Shown: positions 51,190-60,888 of the stretch, piece after piece
Layout: every line of letters starts with the position of its first letter
Numbering within the stretch: the first letter of the stretch is position 1
Source: Candidatus Methylomirabilales bacterium
GTDB lineage: Bacteria > Methylomirabilota > Methylomirabilia > Methylomirabilales > CSP1-5
NCBI GenBank assembly: GCA_046758505.1
Contig: JBHIAH010000008.1
Coordinates: 1-61,887 of the forward strand
Length of the DNA: 61,887 nt
Direction of reading: 5' to 3'
Position numbers and translations under genes: made by a program
The notes under the pieces: model-generated
Seen by the model: only the letters and a program-made list of their open reading frames with translations
Database searches by the model: none
What the model was told of the DNA's origin: nothing

Positions 51190-52305
51190 TCACGAGGGGA
51201 GCGTCTTGGAGGAATCCATCACGCCGGGCAGGCCGGGTTGCTCGCCTCGGCCCTCAACCGTATCCAGCTTGGCCTCGAACCGGGCCAGCGCGCCCGCCGC
51301 GTCATCGAATCGGTTCTTGGCGTCCGTCAGGTGTTTCCCGGCCAGATCGAATCGCTCCCGGAACTTCCCTAAATCCACCTGGAGCCGCGCGAGGAGTTCC
51401 ATGATCTCCCGGGCATTCTGCTCGATCCGGAGCCCCTTCAACCCTAGGAGAATGGTCTGGAGGTATGCATAAAAACTGTTGGGGGATACCGGGACCACGC
51501 GGCGTTCATAGGCGTAGCCCCGGACGGAATCCTCCATTTCGTCCTTCACGATCACTTCGTAGTAAACATTCTCCGCCGGAATGTACATGAGGGCAAAGTC
51601 CAGTGTCCCTTCGTCGGGAACGATATACTTCTTCGCGATCTCATTCACCCGATTCTGCACATCCTTCAAAAAGGCCTTTCGCGCCATCCTCCGTCGCTCC
51701 TCGTCCCGCCCCTCGGCGGCGTCCAGCATCTTCTGAAAGTTTTCCAGGGGAAACTTGGCGTCTACCGGGACCAGGCGGCTCCCCAACCGGATGACGGCAT
51801 CGACTCGCTCCCCGCTTCGGAAGGCATGCTGGAGCCGAAAGGCATCGGCAGGAAGGATTTGGCTCAAGAGCTGCTCCAGGAGGGTTTCGCCAAAGCTCCC
51901 CCGAAGCTGAGGGGGCCTAAGGATCTGCTGGAGGCTGGCGATGTCCTGCCCCACTTCCAGCATGCGCCGGGTCGCCTCGTCCAGTTTTCCCAAACTCCCC
52001 TGGACCCCCCCGACGACCGCGGCGGCTCGATCCAGCCGCTCCCCAATGGATTGATGGGCCTGCTGAATCAACAGGGCACTCTCCTGGAGCCGCTGACTCA
52101 CCTGGGTTTCCAACTGGTGCAGCCCCTGGCTCACCGTGGTACTGAACTGGGCGACCTGCTGCTGGAGCAGGAGGATTGAGGGGTCTTGCGTGTTGCGATC
52201 TTCTTGGAGGCCCTTGAGGGCTCGCGCCATCAGCCCCAGGCTGACACCGAGCACGAGGAGAAGCGCAATGCCCAGGATGAGGAGGGTGACCGTCCAGGGT
52301 GGCAC
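51190..52305 (-). CDS. rmuC: DNA recombination protein RmuC
   Basis: N-terminal TM plus coiled coil, RGSFGE..LE, VDAKFPLE, DFALMYIPAE. Confidence 0.9.
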   Translation of the reverse strand: MPPWTVTLLILGIALLLVLGVSLGLMARALKGLQEDRNTQDPSILLLQQQVAQFSTTVSQGLHQLETQVSQRLQESALLIQQAHQSIGERLDRAAAVVGGVQGSLGKLDEATRRMLEVGQDIASLQQILRPPQLRGSFGETLLEQLLSQILPADAFRLQHAFRSGERVDAVIRLGSRLVPVDAKFPLENFQKMLDAAEGRDEERRRMARKAFLKDVQNRVNEIAKKYIVPDEGTLDFALMYIPAENVYYEVIVKDEMEDSVRGYAYERRVVPVSPNSFYAYLQTILLGLKGLRIEQNAREIMELLARLQVDLGKFRERFDLAGKHLTDAKNRFDDAAGALARFEAKLDTVEGRGEQPGLPGVMDSSKTLPS

Positions 52306-52315
52306 CGCCGCCTCC

Positions 52316-53173
52316 TCAGTTGAGAAAGTCGTGCAGGTGGCGGGTCTTCGCCCTGGTGAGGAGCTTCCGTTTGGCCCGCTCCTCCACCTGGCGGATCCGC
52401 TCCCGGGAAAGTCTGAATCGTTTTCCGACCTGCTCGAGCGTCATGGGGTCCTCCCCTCGGAGACCATACCGCAACTCGATGATGGCGCGCTCCCGGGGAG
52501 TGAGCTCCTCGAGCAGGCGCTCGATCTCTCCCTCAAAGGACTTGCGAACCAGTTCATCGTCGGCGGGCGGAACCCTCTCGCCCCCGGGGGCAATGAGGTC
52601 ACGCCCTTCCTCCCGCGCCTGAATCTCTTCCAGGGACGTTTGCGGTCTGTTCGTTTGCAGCAGTTCTTCGACCTCCGCGTGCGTCAGGTTCAGCTCCCTG
52701 GCCAGTTCCTCTTCCGTCGGCTCCTCTCCCTCTTGCTGCAGGATCTCGGCCCGCAGGCTCCGCAGTTTGCTGGCCAGCCGGATCTTCCGCGCCGGAAAGC
52801 GTAACGCCCCGCTGGCCCGAGCCAGGGCCTGCATGATCGACTGGCGAATCCACCAGACGGCATACGTGATGAATTTGACCTTGTACTCGGGGGAATAGCG
52901 GCGGGCAGCTTCGAGGAGTCCCAGATTTCCCTCGTTAATCAAATCCAGGAGGGAGAGGCCGTACCCCCGATACTGCAACGCCACCTTCACCACAAACCGA
53001 AGGTTGGCCTCCACCAGCTTCTTGAGGGCCTTTTCATCCCGCTTGCGAATCTGCCGGGCGAGTCGGAGCTCGTCGGCCTTGCGCAGGAGGGGGATCTTCA
53101 CGATCCGCCGGAGATAGGCAGAGAGGGCCTTGTCGCTGATCTCCTCGTAATACTCGGGTGTCCTCCGTGCCAT
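52316..53173 (-). CDS. sigma70-family sigma factor lacking region 1.1 (RpoS/group 2-like)
   Basis: ANLRFVV, DLINEGNLGL, YAVWWIRQSI, TLEQVG..F.LSRERIRQVE. Confidence 0.92.
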   Translation of the reverse strand: MARRTPEYYEEISDKALSAYLRRIVKIPLLRKADELRLARQIRKRDEKALKKLVEANLRFVVKVALQYRGYGLSLLDLINEGNLGLLEAARRYSPEYKVKFITYAVWWIRQSIMQALARASGALRFPARKIRLASKLRSLRAEILQQEGEEPTEEELARELNLTHAEVEELLQTNRPQTSLEEIQAREEGRDLIAPGGERVPPADDELVRKSFEGEIERLLEELTPRERAIIELRYGLRGEDPMTLEQVGKRFRLSRERIRQVEERAKRKLLTRAKTRHLHDFLN

Positions 53174-53201
53174 GGGTCTCGGAACCTGTCATGGGGCCGG
53201 G

Positions 53202-54650
53202 TTAACCCTTCGCCGATGGGACGACGATAAAGCGGGTGTTCTCCCCGCGCTGCACCAACAGCAGCAGGTCAGCCGCAGGGGGGGACCTACGAAGACGCTT
53301 CACCAGATCCAGACGGTCCTGGACCGGCTGGCGGTTCACCTCCAAGATCACGTCTCCCGGTCTGAGCCCGCGACGGAAGGCGGGACTCCCCGGCTCTACC
53401 GAGGAAACCAGGACTCCCCCTTCTTCCACCTGAAACCGTTCCCGTAGCTCAGGCGTCAGATCCTGAACCGCAAACCCATACCGCTCCAGGGGCTTGGGGG
53501 TCACGGCCGTCGTCTCTTCGGTCGGCATCTGTCCGAGGGTCACGTTGAGGGCAAGCTCTTTGCCGCGTCGACTGATCTTCACGGGGACACGCGTCCCCGG
53601 TTTTATGCTGGCGACCATCCGTTGAAGCTGGTGGACATCGGTCACCGGCTTTCCGGCAAACGCTTCAATTACATCGCCCGTCTTGAGTCCCGCCTTCGCT
53701 GCACCCCCCCCTTCGACCACATCGGCGATCAAGACCCCCTCCCCCGACTTGACCTCGAACTGCTTCGCCAATTCCGGAGTCAGGGGCTGGATCACCACGC
53801 CGAGCCACCCCCGGGTCACCCGGCCCGCCGTGATCAGTTGTTCCATAATCTCCTTGGCGAGATTGATCGGGGTGGCAAACCCGATCCCCTGACCGCTGGC
53901 GACAATGGCGGTATTAATCCCGATGACCTCACCGTCGATGTTCAAGAGGGGACCGCCACTATTCCCCGGATTGATGGAGGCGTCGGTCTGGATGAAATCC
54001 TCATAGGCCGTAATCCCCACCCCCGCCCGGCCCGTGGCGCTCACCACGCCGATGGTGACCGTGTGGCTCAATCCGAACGGATTACCGATCGCGATCACAA
54101 AATCACCGGTGCGCATCTTCGCGGAATCTCCCAGGGCTGCCGGATGAAGATCCTTGGCCCCCTCGATCCGAATCACCGCGAGATCGGTCTTGGGATCGGT
54201 TCCGACCACTTTGGCCTGAAAAGTGCGTTCGTCGACAAGGGTCACCTGAATCTCGTCTGCCTGCTCCACCACATGATTATTGGTCAGAATGTAGCCCTTG
54301 GTGTCCACGATGACGCCAGACCCTAAGCTCCGACGCTCGAATTCCCGCGGCAGGTTGAAGAAACGCTCGAAGAATTCTTCCCCGAAGAACTCCCGAAACG
54401 GACCCCGGAGGGGAGGCTCGAGCCGGCGGCGGCCGGTATGGACTTTTTGCGTGGTATTGATGTTTACCACCGACGGCTTGAGCCGCTCCGCCACCTCCAC
54501 AAATACGTTCTGCAAGCGCTCTACCAGGGCCCGCGACTCCCGGTCAGCAGCACCAGGGGAAGGAGCGAGGAGCACAAAAAGGATAACCAGAACGATCCCG
54601 CTCATCCCCCGTCGTCGCATTGGCACAGTCCTCGCGCGCGTCCATCTCAT
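53202..54650 (-). CDS. degP: Do/DegP/DegQ family serine protease with two PDZ domains
   Basis: signal peptide, TNNHVV, TDLAVI, NPGNSGGPL, tandem PDZ. Confidence 0.92.
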   Translation of the reverse strand: MRWTRARTVPMRRRGMSGIVLVILFVLLAPSPGAADRESRALVERLQNVFVEVAERLKPSVVNINTTQKVHTGRRRLEPPLRGPFREFFGEEFFERFFNLPREFERRSLGSGVIVDTKGYILTNNHVVEQADEIQVTLVDERTFQAKVVGTDPKTDLAVIRIEGAKDLHPAALGDSAKMRTGDFVIAIGNPFGLSHTVTIGVVSATGRAGVGITAYEDFIQTDASINPGNSGGPLLNIDGEVIGINTAIVASGQGIGFATPINLAKEIMEQLITAGRVTRGWLGVVIQPLTPELAKQFEVKSGEGVLIADVVEGGGAAKAGLKTGDVIEAFAGKPVTDVHQLQRMVASIKPGTRVPVKISRRGKELALNVTLGQMPTEETTAVTPKPLERYGFAVQDLTPELRERFQVEEGGVLVSSVEPGSPAFRRGLRPGDVILEVNRQPVQDRLDLVKRLRRSPPAADLLLLVQRGENTRFIVVPSAKG

Positions 54651-54688
54651 GGGGCAGTCCTCCCGGGAGATCTCCCTGAAGTTCTCTC

Positions 54689-54717
54689 ACGCTAGCATAG
54701 GGGAAGGGGACTGTCAA
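54689..54717 (-). promoter_or_regulatory. sigma70-type promoter for degP-sigma-rmuC
   Basis: minus strand TTGACA(54717-54712)-N17-TAGCGT(54694-54689) with TG extension. Confidence 0.55.
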
Positions 54718-54722
54718 TGAGG

Positions 54723-55856
54723 CTACGAGGAGGGAGAGATGCGGAGGTCGTCAGCGGTTCCAGCGCGGCCATCCGCTCCAGGGCTCGTCAACCGATAACC
54801 CGACCCCCGACGCTCATAGACCCAGGAACGCCCCCAGGGGTCCTGGGGGTCCCCGGTCAAGAGTCCCTCGGCCTGAAGCGCTGTCAGGGTGTCGGGGTAT
54901 CCCCCGTGTTTCAGGAGGTACAGGTCCAGGGCCCGCGGGAGCTCCCATCGAGTCAGGTGCAGCCGCTGGGTCTGGACGGCAGCCTCTGCCGCCACCTTCT
55001 GGGAAGGGAGGAGGTGAAGCGGATCGTGTCTCGAAGAGAACTGAATCAGGAGGGAGGCCAGCATCACCGCTCCCAAGATCACCGGGAACACCCAGGCGGG
55101 AAATCGCCAGGGGAGCCGCACCGACCGCACCGCCTCGGCGGTCCGGTCCCGCCGCTCGAGTTGGAGGACGCCGGCGGCTACCAGATCGGCGATATTCTTA
55201 TAGGTGTCGAACTCCCCGAAGTCGCACAGTTCCGCAATATCCCGGACCGTTCGCTGCCCCTCCACGAGCTGGAGGATCGCGAGCCCCTCCGGGGGGACCT
55301 GTTCGCGGTAGAGCGGCCGGTCACTCCGTCGGACAACCAAATCCAGCGATGGAATCCGCTGCTCAACCAGCGGCCACTCGTCCATCTGGCGGACCGCTTC
55401 CAGGAGGATGGTTTCCGTCCCCACGGGCGAGATCTGCCCTCGATGCAGATCCACCTGCACCTGAGGGACAAACGTGTATCGCCCATCCCGCCATCGCAGG
55501 GCGCGGTAGAGGGTCTCCAGCACCTGGCGCTGTAGCACGGGTTCAAGATCCCGCGGGGAGAGCCATCGCCCTTCGGCAAGGAAGGGGACGAGCGGTTGGC
55601 CCTTGCGGGCCCGGATTTGCCGCGCCTCCTCCCATCGCTCCCGCGTGATTAGTCCGCGATGAACCAGAATCCGACCCAAGTCCGCCTCGGCGATCTCATC
55701 GCGGGGGGCCGCCCACACCACCATCCCATCCTGGAGCACGACGTTGACCGCCTCCTCGTTCCGGGTCAGGGTGAGGGTCCCGGTCTTCCGCTGCATCCCC
55801 ACCAGCTGCAGAATATCGACGAGGGCAAAGTCTTGCAGTGTGCCTTCTAACGCCAT
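54723..55856 (-). CDS. DUF4388-domain membrane protein with C-terminal GspG-like (pseudopilin head) domain
   Basis: MALEGTLQDFALVDILQL...KTGTL, W.DG.Y.F, LLEAVRQMDEW; single TM; DPWG...Y...SPGADG..GTADD. Confidence 0.8.
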   Translation of the reverse strand: MALEGTLQDFALVDILQLVGMQRKTGTLTLTRNEEAVNVVLQDGMVVWAAPRDEIAEADLGRILVHRGLITRERWEEARQIRARKGQPLVPFLAEGRWLSPRDLEPVLQRQVLETLYRALRWRDGRYTFVPQVQVDLHRGQISPVGTETILLEAVRQMDEWPLVEQRIPSLDLVVRRSDRPLYREQVPPEGLAILQLVEGQRTVRDIAELCDFGEFDTYKNIADLVAAGVLQLERRDRTAEAVRSVRLPWRFPAWVFPVILGAVMLASLLIQFSSRHDPLHLLPSQKVAAEAAVQTQRLHLTRWELPRALDLYLLKHGGYPDTLTALQAEGLLTGDPQDPWGRSWVYERRGSGYRLTSPGADGRAGTADDLRISPSS

Positions 55857-57961
55857 CGCCGCTCCTTCGGCCGCCGACGGTGGTTGCCGGTGTAGGTCAA
55901 TGTAGCGAGCATGTACAGGCAGAGGAGCAGGAGAATGCTGACCGGGCCGTGGTACGGCAGGGATGGGCCGGGCAGATACGTCCCCGAGGCGAGGAATACG
56001 CCGAGGAGGGGGGAGACGACAAAAAGAGTAGCCGTCAGCAAGAGAAATCCCCACAGGGTCCTCCCCCGGTAGAGCCCCTCAAGCCCCGGGACGAGCTTCA
56101 GGGCCAGTCCGATCCATCGCGGCTCCCGCCGGCCCTCCTCACCAGGCACGCTACGGATCGTCGGAGGGACTTCCCCCGCCCGTGCCCGCTCGATAATCGC
56201 ACAGCGGCTACACAGCCGCACCTCACCCAGCAGCCGCTGACACCGGGGGCAGAAGACCTTTCCGCATTCCTGGCACGCCCGTGCAAACCTCCGGCGCTTC
56301 CGGAGCCAGAAGATTCCTCCAAAAGCCACAATATACAGGCCCACCACCCAGGGGAGGCCGGCCAGCGGGACGCGAAAATACCGTCCCCCCCAGAGGATCT
56401 CCGCCATCTCTGGGGACGAAGAATCGAAAGAGAGGGTCTGGCGCCAGAGCTGCGTGGCCGGCACCGGTGCATCGACAAGGACCTGTTTTCTCCCGTCCGC
56501 GGTCGCCCGTTGCATGCGATCCTGGAGGCTCGGCATCTCATACATCGCCCGCGCATACTCCTGCTGCGCCTGCTCGAAGTGGAGGCGCTCCGTCAGGAGC
56601 TGGCTCAGGTTGAAATGCGGATAGGGCAAGTCGGGACTGAGGGCAATCGCCTTTTCATACGCCTGCTGCGCACGAGCCAAGTCGCCCGAGAGAAAGGCCA
56701 GGTTCCCCCGGTTGGTCCAGATCGCCGCAGTCTGGGCTCCTTCCCCCTGGACTTGGGAGTACCACGCGATCCCCTGCTTCAGCTCCCCCCGAGCCCGATG
56801 CACCCGCCCGAGGTAAAACCGGGGCAGGGAATCATGCGGCGCCTCTTCCGCCCACCGAAGCAGCGCAGCCTCGGTGTTCTTCCCCCGGTCCCCCTCCTCC
56901 ATGCGCAGCACCGCCGCATATCGAGGGGAGGCGATCGTCGTGATCAGGGTGGCCAGGAGACGGTATCCTCCCGGGAGCAGTAAGAGCGAAAGGACCAGGG
57001 CGGTTCCCAGCAGGCGCTCCCGACCTCTCAAGTAGATCCCCAGGGGCAACAGAGAGAGCAACAGCGTCGGCAGGAGCCCCAACCCGACGACGATGGGAAG
57101 GAGGTAGATCGCGATCGGAAGGATCCGTGTGGTGAGCGGGGAAAATCTGCGGCGCCTCCATTCCAGCAGGTCATGCTCGAACAGGGGAGTCACCCGAAGG
57201 ATAAACAGCAGTCCCACCACGAGCAGACACACGGGGATGGCGATCAGGAGTGAAGCAAGGACATTCGCCCATCGGCTCAGCCCGTACAAGGGCGAGGTCA
57301 TGCTGATCCACCAGCCCCGGATCAAAGGAGGAAGACCCCGTGGGGAACCCCTCCCGAGGAAAATCCGGGCCCGGGCAAACGAGACCTCAGGGAGGACGGG
57401 GTCAAACTCCTCCGCCAAGGTTAATGCGCTCTCCGCCCCCTGGAGATCGCCACGCGCAGCGCGTGCCTCGGCCGCATGGGCCAGGAACCATCCCAGATAG
57501 GCAATGCGGTCGAGACCCAACCGGTCCCGAATCGCTCGGATCCGTCGGAGCTCGTGGCTCGCCGCATCCTCGGCACCCAGGCGACGAAACGCGCGATGGA
57601 GTAGCCAGCGAACCGCCACGCGGTCCCCCGCCAGTCGAGAAGCTTCGGCTGCCGCAGCCCGCAGGCCCCCCCTCTTGGCAAGGACCGACAGCGCTCCCCC
57701 GGCCAGCGGGACAAAGGGATTGGACGCCTCCGCTTCCCTCACCCCTTCCAGGGCCGCCTCGAGTGCGCCCACGCTGGCACCCTGCGGCGCCCTCCCCTCG
57801 AAGATAAATTGCTCGAGGGCCGGAAGCTTTCCGAAGACGCGATGCCAGACCGCTACGGCCTCTTGCACCTCTTCGAAACCCGCTGTCTCTCCCCAGCCCG
57901 GGATCGCAAGGAAGAGAAAGAGCACCAGACTAATCGTCCTGAGATCCCTCACCCATTTCAC
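55847..57961 (-). CDS. multi-pass membrane TPR protein with Cys-rich putative zinc-binding segment
   Basis: signal-like N-terminus (probable GTG at 57961), TPRs (WTNRGN...YEKAIALSP...FNLSQ), TM helices, CQECGKVFCPRC...CSRC. Confidence 0.75.
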   Translation of the reverse strand: MKWVRDLRTISLVLFLFLAIPGWGETAGFEEVQEAVAVWHRVFGKLPALEQFIFEGRAPQGASVGALEAALEGVREAEASNPFVPLAGGALSVLAKRGGLRAAAAEASRLAGDRVAVRWLLHRAFRRLGAEDAASHELRRIRAIRDRLGLDRIAYLGWFLAHAAEARAARGDLQGAESALTLAEEFDPVLPEVSFARARIFLGRGSPRGLPPLIRGWWISMTSPLYGLSRWANVLASLLIAIPVCLLVVGLLFILRVTPLFEHDLLEWRRRRFSPLTTRILPIAIYLLPIVVGLGLLPTLLLSLLPLGIYLRGRERLLGTALVLSLLLLPGGYRLLATLITTIASPRYAAVLRMEEGDRGKNTEAALLRWAEEAPHDSLPRFYLGRVHRARGELKQGIAWYSQVQGEGAQTAAIWTNRGNLAFLSGDLARAQQAYEKAIALSPDLPYPHFNLSQLLTERLHFEQAQQEYARAMYEMPSLQDRMQRATADGRKQVLVDAPVPATQLWRQTLSFDSSSPEMAEILWGGRYFRVPLAGLPWVVGLYIVAFGGIFWLRKRRRFARACQECGKVFCPRCQRLLGEVRLCSRCAIIERARAGEVPPTIRSVPGEEGRREPRWIGLALKLVPGLEGLYRGRTLWGFLLLTATLFVVSPLLGVFLASGTYLPGPSLPYHGPVSILLLLCLYMLATLTYTGNHRRRPKERRWR

Positions 57962-58013
57962 CCCTGCTGAGTTGCCTGATAGCAATTTCAACCCTTTGCC
58001 AGTGGGGCGGGGG

Positions 58014-58030
58014 TGCATGAAATATGCCAG
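58014..58030 (-). promoter_or_regulatory. putative sigma54 (-24/-12) promoter for the TPR-DUF4388 operon
   Basis: minus strand CTGGCAT-ATTTC-ATGCA, exact GG-N10-GC spacing, about 50 bp upstream of the start. Confidence 0.5.
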
Positions 58031-58043
58031 GCACGTAAAGGCG

Positions 58044-58071
58044 TTGACCGGCTCAACCGCTCTGATATAAT
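58044..58071 (+). promoter_or_regulatory. sigma70-type promoter for the CPBP gene
   Basis: TTGACC(58044-58049)-N16-TATAAT(58066-58071) with TG extension. Confidence 0.65.
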
Positions 58072-58102
58072 GCGTCGCCGCCCCGGGCGGCAAGGAGGCA
58101 TC

Positions 58103-59017
58103 GTGCGATTCAGCGGTCGGCTCACGTGTGTGTTGCTCGGGATTCTCGCACTGAGTGTGATCGTTGCCCCCCTGACCAAGGTGGCCGTTGATTGGCTCCT
58201 CGCAAACACGCCCTCGACCGCCCATCTCCCGGGCATACGACGATATCCGGATGGATCCTACGACTTCGGTCGCGTCTTTCGCCGCCTCCTCCTGCTGTCC
58301 ACCCTCCTGTGCGGCTACCTCGCACGGAGGTGGCTGGGGCCAATTTCCCTCAGGGGGATCGGCACCGGGAGCTCGCGGGGACGCCACCTCGGAAGCGGCC
58401 TCGTGCTCGGAGGCCTTTCCTTCAGTCTCTTCCTTGGCAGCCTCATCCTTCTGGGCGAGCGCTCCCTGGCCCCAGAAGCCCCGGCGAACTGGCCGCTGCA
58501 CGTCGGGGGCGCCCTCGCCAGTGGCCTCTTAGTGGGAGTTATCGAAGAGACGATCTTCCGCGGTTTCCTGCTTGGCGGCCTCCTTCGTGACCAGTCTCCG
58601 TTCGCCGCGGTCCTGCTGAGCAGCAGCCTCTTCTCCGCGGTGCACTTTCTCCGGGCCAAGGCTCCCGTCACCGTGGGCCTCGACCTCTCGGTCGGCGTTC
58701 GGGGCCTCCTCGCCCACTTCCGACCCCTCGTTCAGCCCCCGACTTTCTTTCCCTTCATCGGGCTCTTGCTCGTCGGCATCGTCCTTGCCTATGCGTATCT
58801 CTGGAGCAACTCGCTCCCCTTTGCGATCGGCCTCCACGCCGGGTGGGTTTTTGCGGGAAAGACCGGCGGGCTCCTCCTTCGGGAACGGACCGGAATCATG
58901 TGGCTGTATGGCCCACACGGGGTCCTCGCCGGCGCGCTCGGATGGGCCTTTCTCCTGCTGATGCTTTTCCTGCTTCGTCTCTGGATAGCTCACACGTCGA
59001 CGCCCGATCCCCGCTGA
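58103..59017 (+). CDS. CPBP family intramembrane metalloprotease (CAAX/Abi)
   Basis: EETIFRG, FSAVH, IGLHAGW motifs; SD AAGGAGG before GTG 58103. Confidence 0.9.
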   Translation: MRFSGRLTCVLLGILALSVIVAPLTKVAVDWLLANTPSTAHLPGIRRYPDGSYDFGRVFRRLLLLSTLLCGYLARRWLGPISLRGIGTGSSRGRHLGSGLVLGGLSFSLFLGSLILLGERSLAPEAPANWPLHVGGALASGLLVGVIEETIFRGFLLGGLLRDQSPFAAVLLSSSLFSAVHFLRAKAPVTVGLDLSVGVRGLLAHFRPLVQPPTFFPFIGLLLVGIVLAYAYLWSNSLPFAIGLHAGWVFAGKTGGLLLRERTGIMWLYGPHGVLAGALGWAFLLLMLFLLRLWIAHTSTPDPR

Positions 59018-59025
59018 CCGATGAA

Positions 59026-59254
59026 GTTCATGGTTCATAGTTCAGGGTTCAGGGCAATAGACTAATGGTCAAGAGTCAATGGTCATTCGTTGGCATCTGA
59101 AGTTTCACCAATGACCATTCACAATTGATCATTGACGACTCATCGGTCATCGGTCACCGGCCTGCGGTCGTCGGTCCCAGAGCATGTTCAGGGTTCACAG
59201 GTCACAGCCCAGGACTCTGTTGTCACCATCAACCATGAACCATGAACCCTGAAC
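59026..59254. repeat. nested 7-nt periodic inverted arrays including the 76-bp core (copy 2)
   Basis: GTTCA 59026, 59033, 59040, 59047; core 59064-59139; GTTCA 59186, 59193; TGAAC 59236, 59243, 59250. Confidence 0.85.
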
Positions 59255-59281
59255 CGGCTATAAGCGGTTACCGATCCTCAA

Positions 59282-60088
59282 TCACCGGCTCCGCGCCCTG
59301 TGCACCGCCTGGACGCGAACCGTCGCCCCCCGTCCGGCCCTCAGGACCCGCGCCGCACTCCCCCGATTGCGAAAGATCTCCAGATGGCCTGTACTTCCAA
59401 CAATGGCCCCGATCTCCTGTGTCTTGAGCCTGTCATAGCTCTTCGCCAGGCCGCGGATTGTCCTCCCCTTGATCGAGACCGCGATCCCCTTCCCGGGATG
59501 AAGGGCAGACATCGTATCACTGGAGATATTCGTGATGAGATTCCCGAACCGGTCCACATGGAGGACGGAACCCACCACGACCCCTCCCCCCTTTTCTTGC
59601 ACCACAGGCAGCGTCAGGCGTGCGGCGGTCGTCGTGGCCCTCCCAAACCGCTCGAGCCTTCCGCCCCGCGAAAGGTGGGCTGCAACCGGGGCAAAGATAT
59701 CCCGCCCGTGAAAGGTCTGGCTCACCGGATGGAGGAAGTACGCCTCCGCGGTGATCTCGACGACCCGCCGGATCTCACCGGAGGCAAAGAGGTAGCTCAA
59801 GGCTCCGTTATCCGGCGCAATAAAGGTTCCATGGACTCCCTCGGCTAGGAGAGGTCTGCGCCCTCCTCCCACGCTGGGATCGACCACGACGAGGTGGATC
59901 GTGTCCGGGGGAAAGTAGCGGTATGAACAGTGCAGGAGAAAGGCCGCCTCGAGAACATCCTGCGGAGATACGCCGTGACACAGATCGACGATCTGCACCC
60001 GAGGATTGATCCCCAGGATCACCCCTTTCATGATTCCAACGAAGGGATCGCCACTCCCAAAATCAGTGAGCAGCGTGATGATCCTCAC
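59282..60088 (-). CDS. SAM hydroxide adenosyltransferase (DUF62, chlorinase/fluorinase superfamily)
   Basis: TLLTDFG..D.FVG.MKG, VVDP.VG..RR, SQTFHGRDIFAP, DRFGNLITN. Confidence 0.9.
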   Translation of the reverse strand: MRIITLLTDFGSGDPFVGIMKGVILGINPRVQIVDLCHGVSPQDVLEAAFLLHCSYRYFPPDTIHLVVVDPSVGGGRRPLLAEGVHGTFIAPDNGALSYLFASGEIRRVVEITAEAYFLHPVSQTFHGRDIFAPVAAHLSRGGRLERFGRATTTAARLTLPVVQEKGGGVVVGSVLHVDRFGNLITNISSDTMSALHPGKGIAVSIKGRTIRGLAKSYDRLKTQEIGAIVGSTGHLEIFRNRGSAARVLRAGRGATVRVQAVHRARSR

Positions 60089-60483
60089 CGGCCTACCTTC
60101 ACCAGCATGCCCCGGGCCTCAGCAACGACGAGGCCATCCGCCGTGGCTGCCTGGCTCTCCATCTCCACGGTCCGGCCCCCGTTTTTGAGAATCCTCCCTG
60201 TAAAGTAGAGCCGCTCCCCGACCCTCGCGGGGCGTGTCAGCCGAACCTCCAGCTTCCCGGTCACCGCCCTGACTCCCCGCAGCCACGCGCCGTTGACCAT
60301 CACCTCATCGAGGATGGTGGCGATGATGCCCCCGTGGACGATGTCCCGAAAGCCCTGAAACTGTTTCGTCGGCAGAAAGCTCGTTCGCACTTCCGCCTCT
60401 CCTAGCAGCTCGAAGTCGAGTTGCAGCCCGGCGGCATTCCTTTTCCCGCAGACAAAACACATCTGATCATCCACGAGTTCCAT
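60085..60483 (-). CDS. PaaI/hotdog-fold thioesterase
   Basis: CFVCG..N..GL, QGF..IVHGGIIATILDE; ATG at 60483. Confidence 0.88.
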   Translation of the reverse strand: MELVDDQMCFVCGKRNAAGLQLDFELLGEAEVRTSFLPTKQFQGFRDIVHGGIIATILDEVMVNGAWLRGVRAVTGKLEVRLTRPARVGERLYFTGRILKNGGRTVEMESQAATADGLVVAEARGMLVKVGR

Positions 60484-60888
60484 GTCCCATTCCCCTCGCG
60501 TTTTGTGACAAATTGGGGGATCCTTGATCCGCCGCAACCCAACCGTCCGCTCTCAGGTTCAGAGTGGTTCAACCCTTACCAATGACCGCACAGTCTCCCT
60601 GGGGGCGAGGTGAGCTGGGCCTGCAGCCCGGCGGAACCTGATTTGCGTCCGGCCAGGGGGTTCCGCCCGCCGAAGCGAAGCACAGGCGGGGGATGGCCGT
60701 CCTCCTGTCCATGAGAGTCAGTTCGGTGCGTCACAAGCAATCTTCGCCTGACCAATCCATGGAATGTTCCGCCGGCGAAGGTCCACGCCCCGAGCCATCC
60801 GCAGGTCTTCCGATGCGACCGTTATCTGGGCCAACTTTCCCATTGACTTTTCCCGCCGGCCTCTTTAGATGTGGAGAAAGACGTTGCT

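Noticed and set aside
59282..60088. Chlorinase or fluorinase activity
   Set aside because: The Asp/Arg/His-containing motifs (VVDP, RR, TFHGRD) typical of DUF62 hydroxide adenosyltransferases are present and no halometabolite cluster is nearby.
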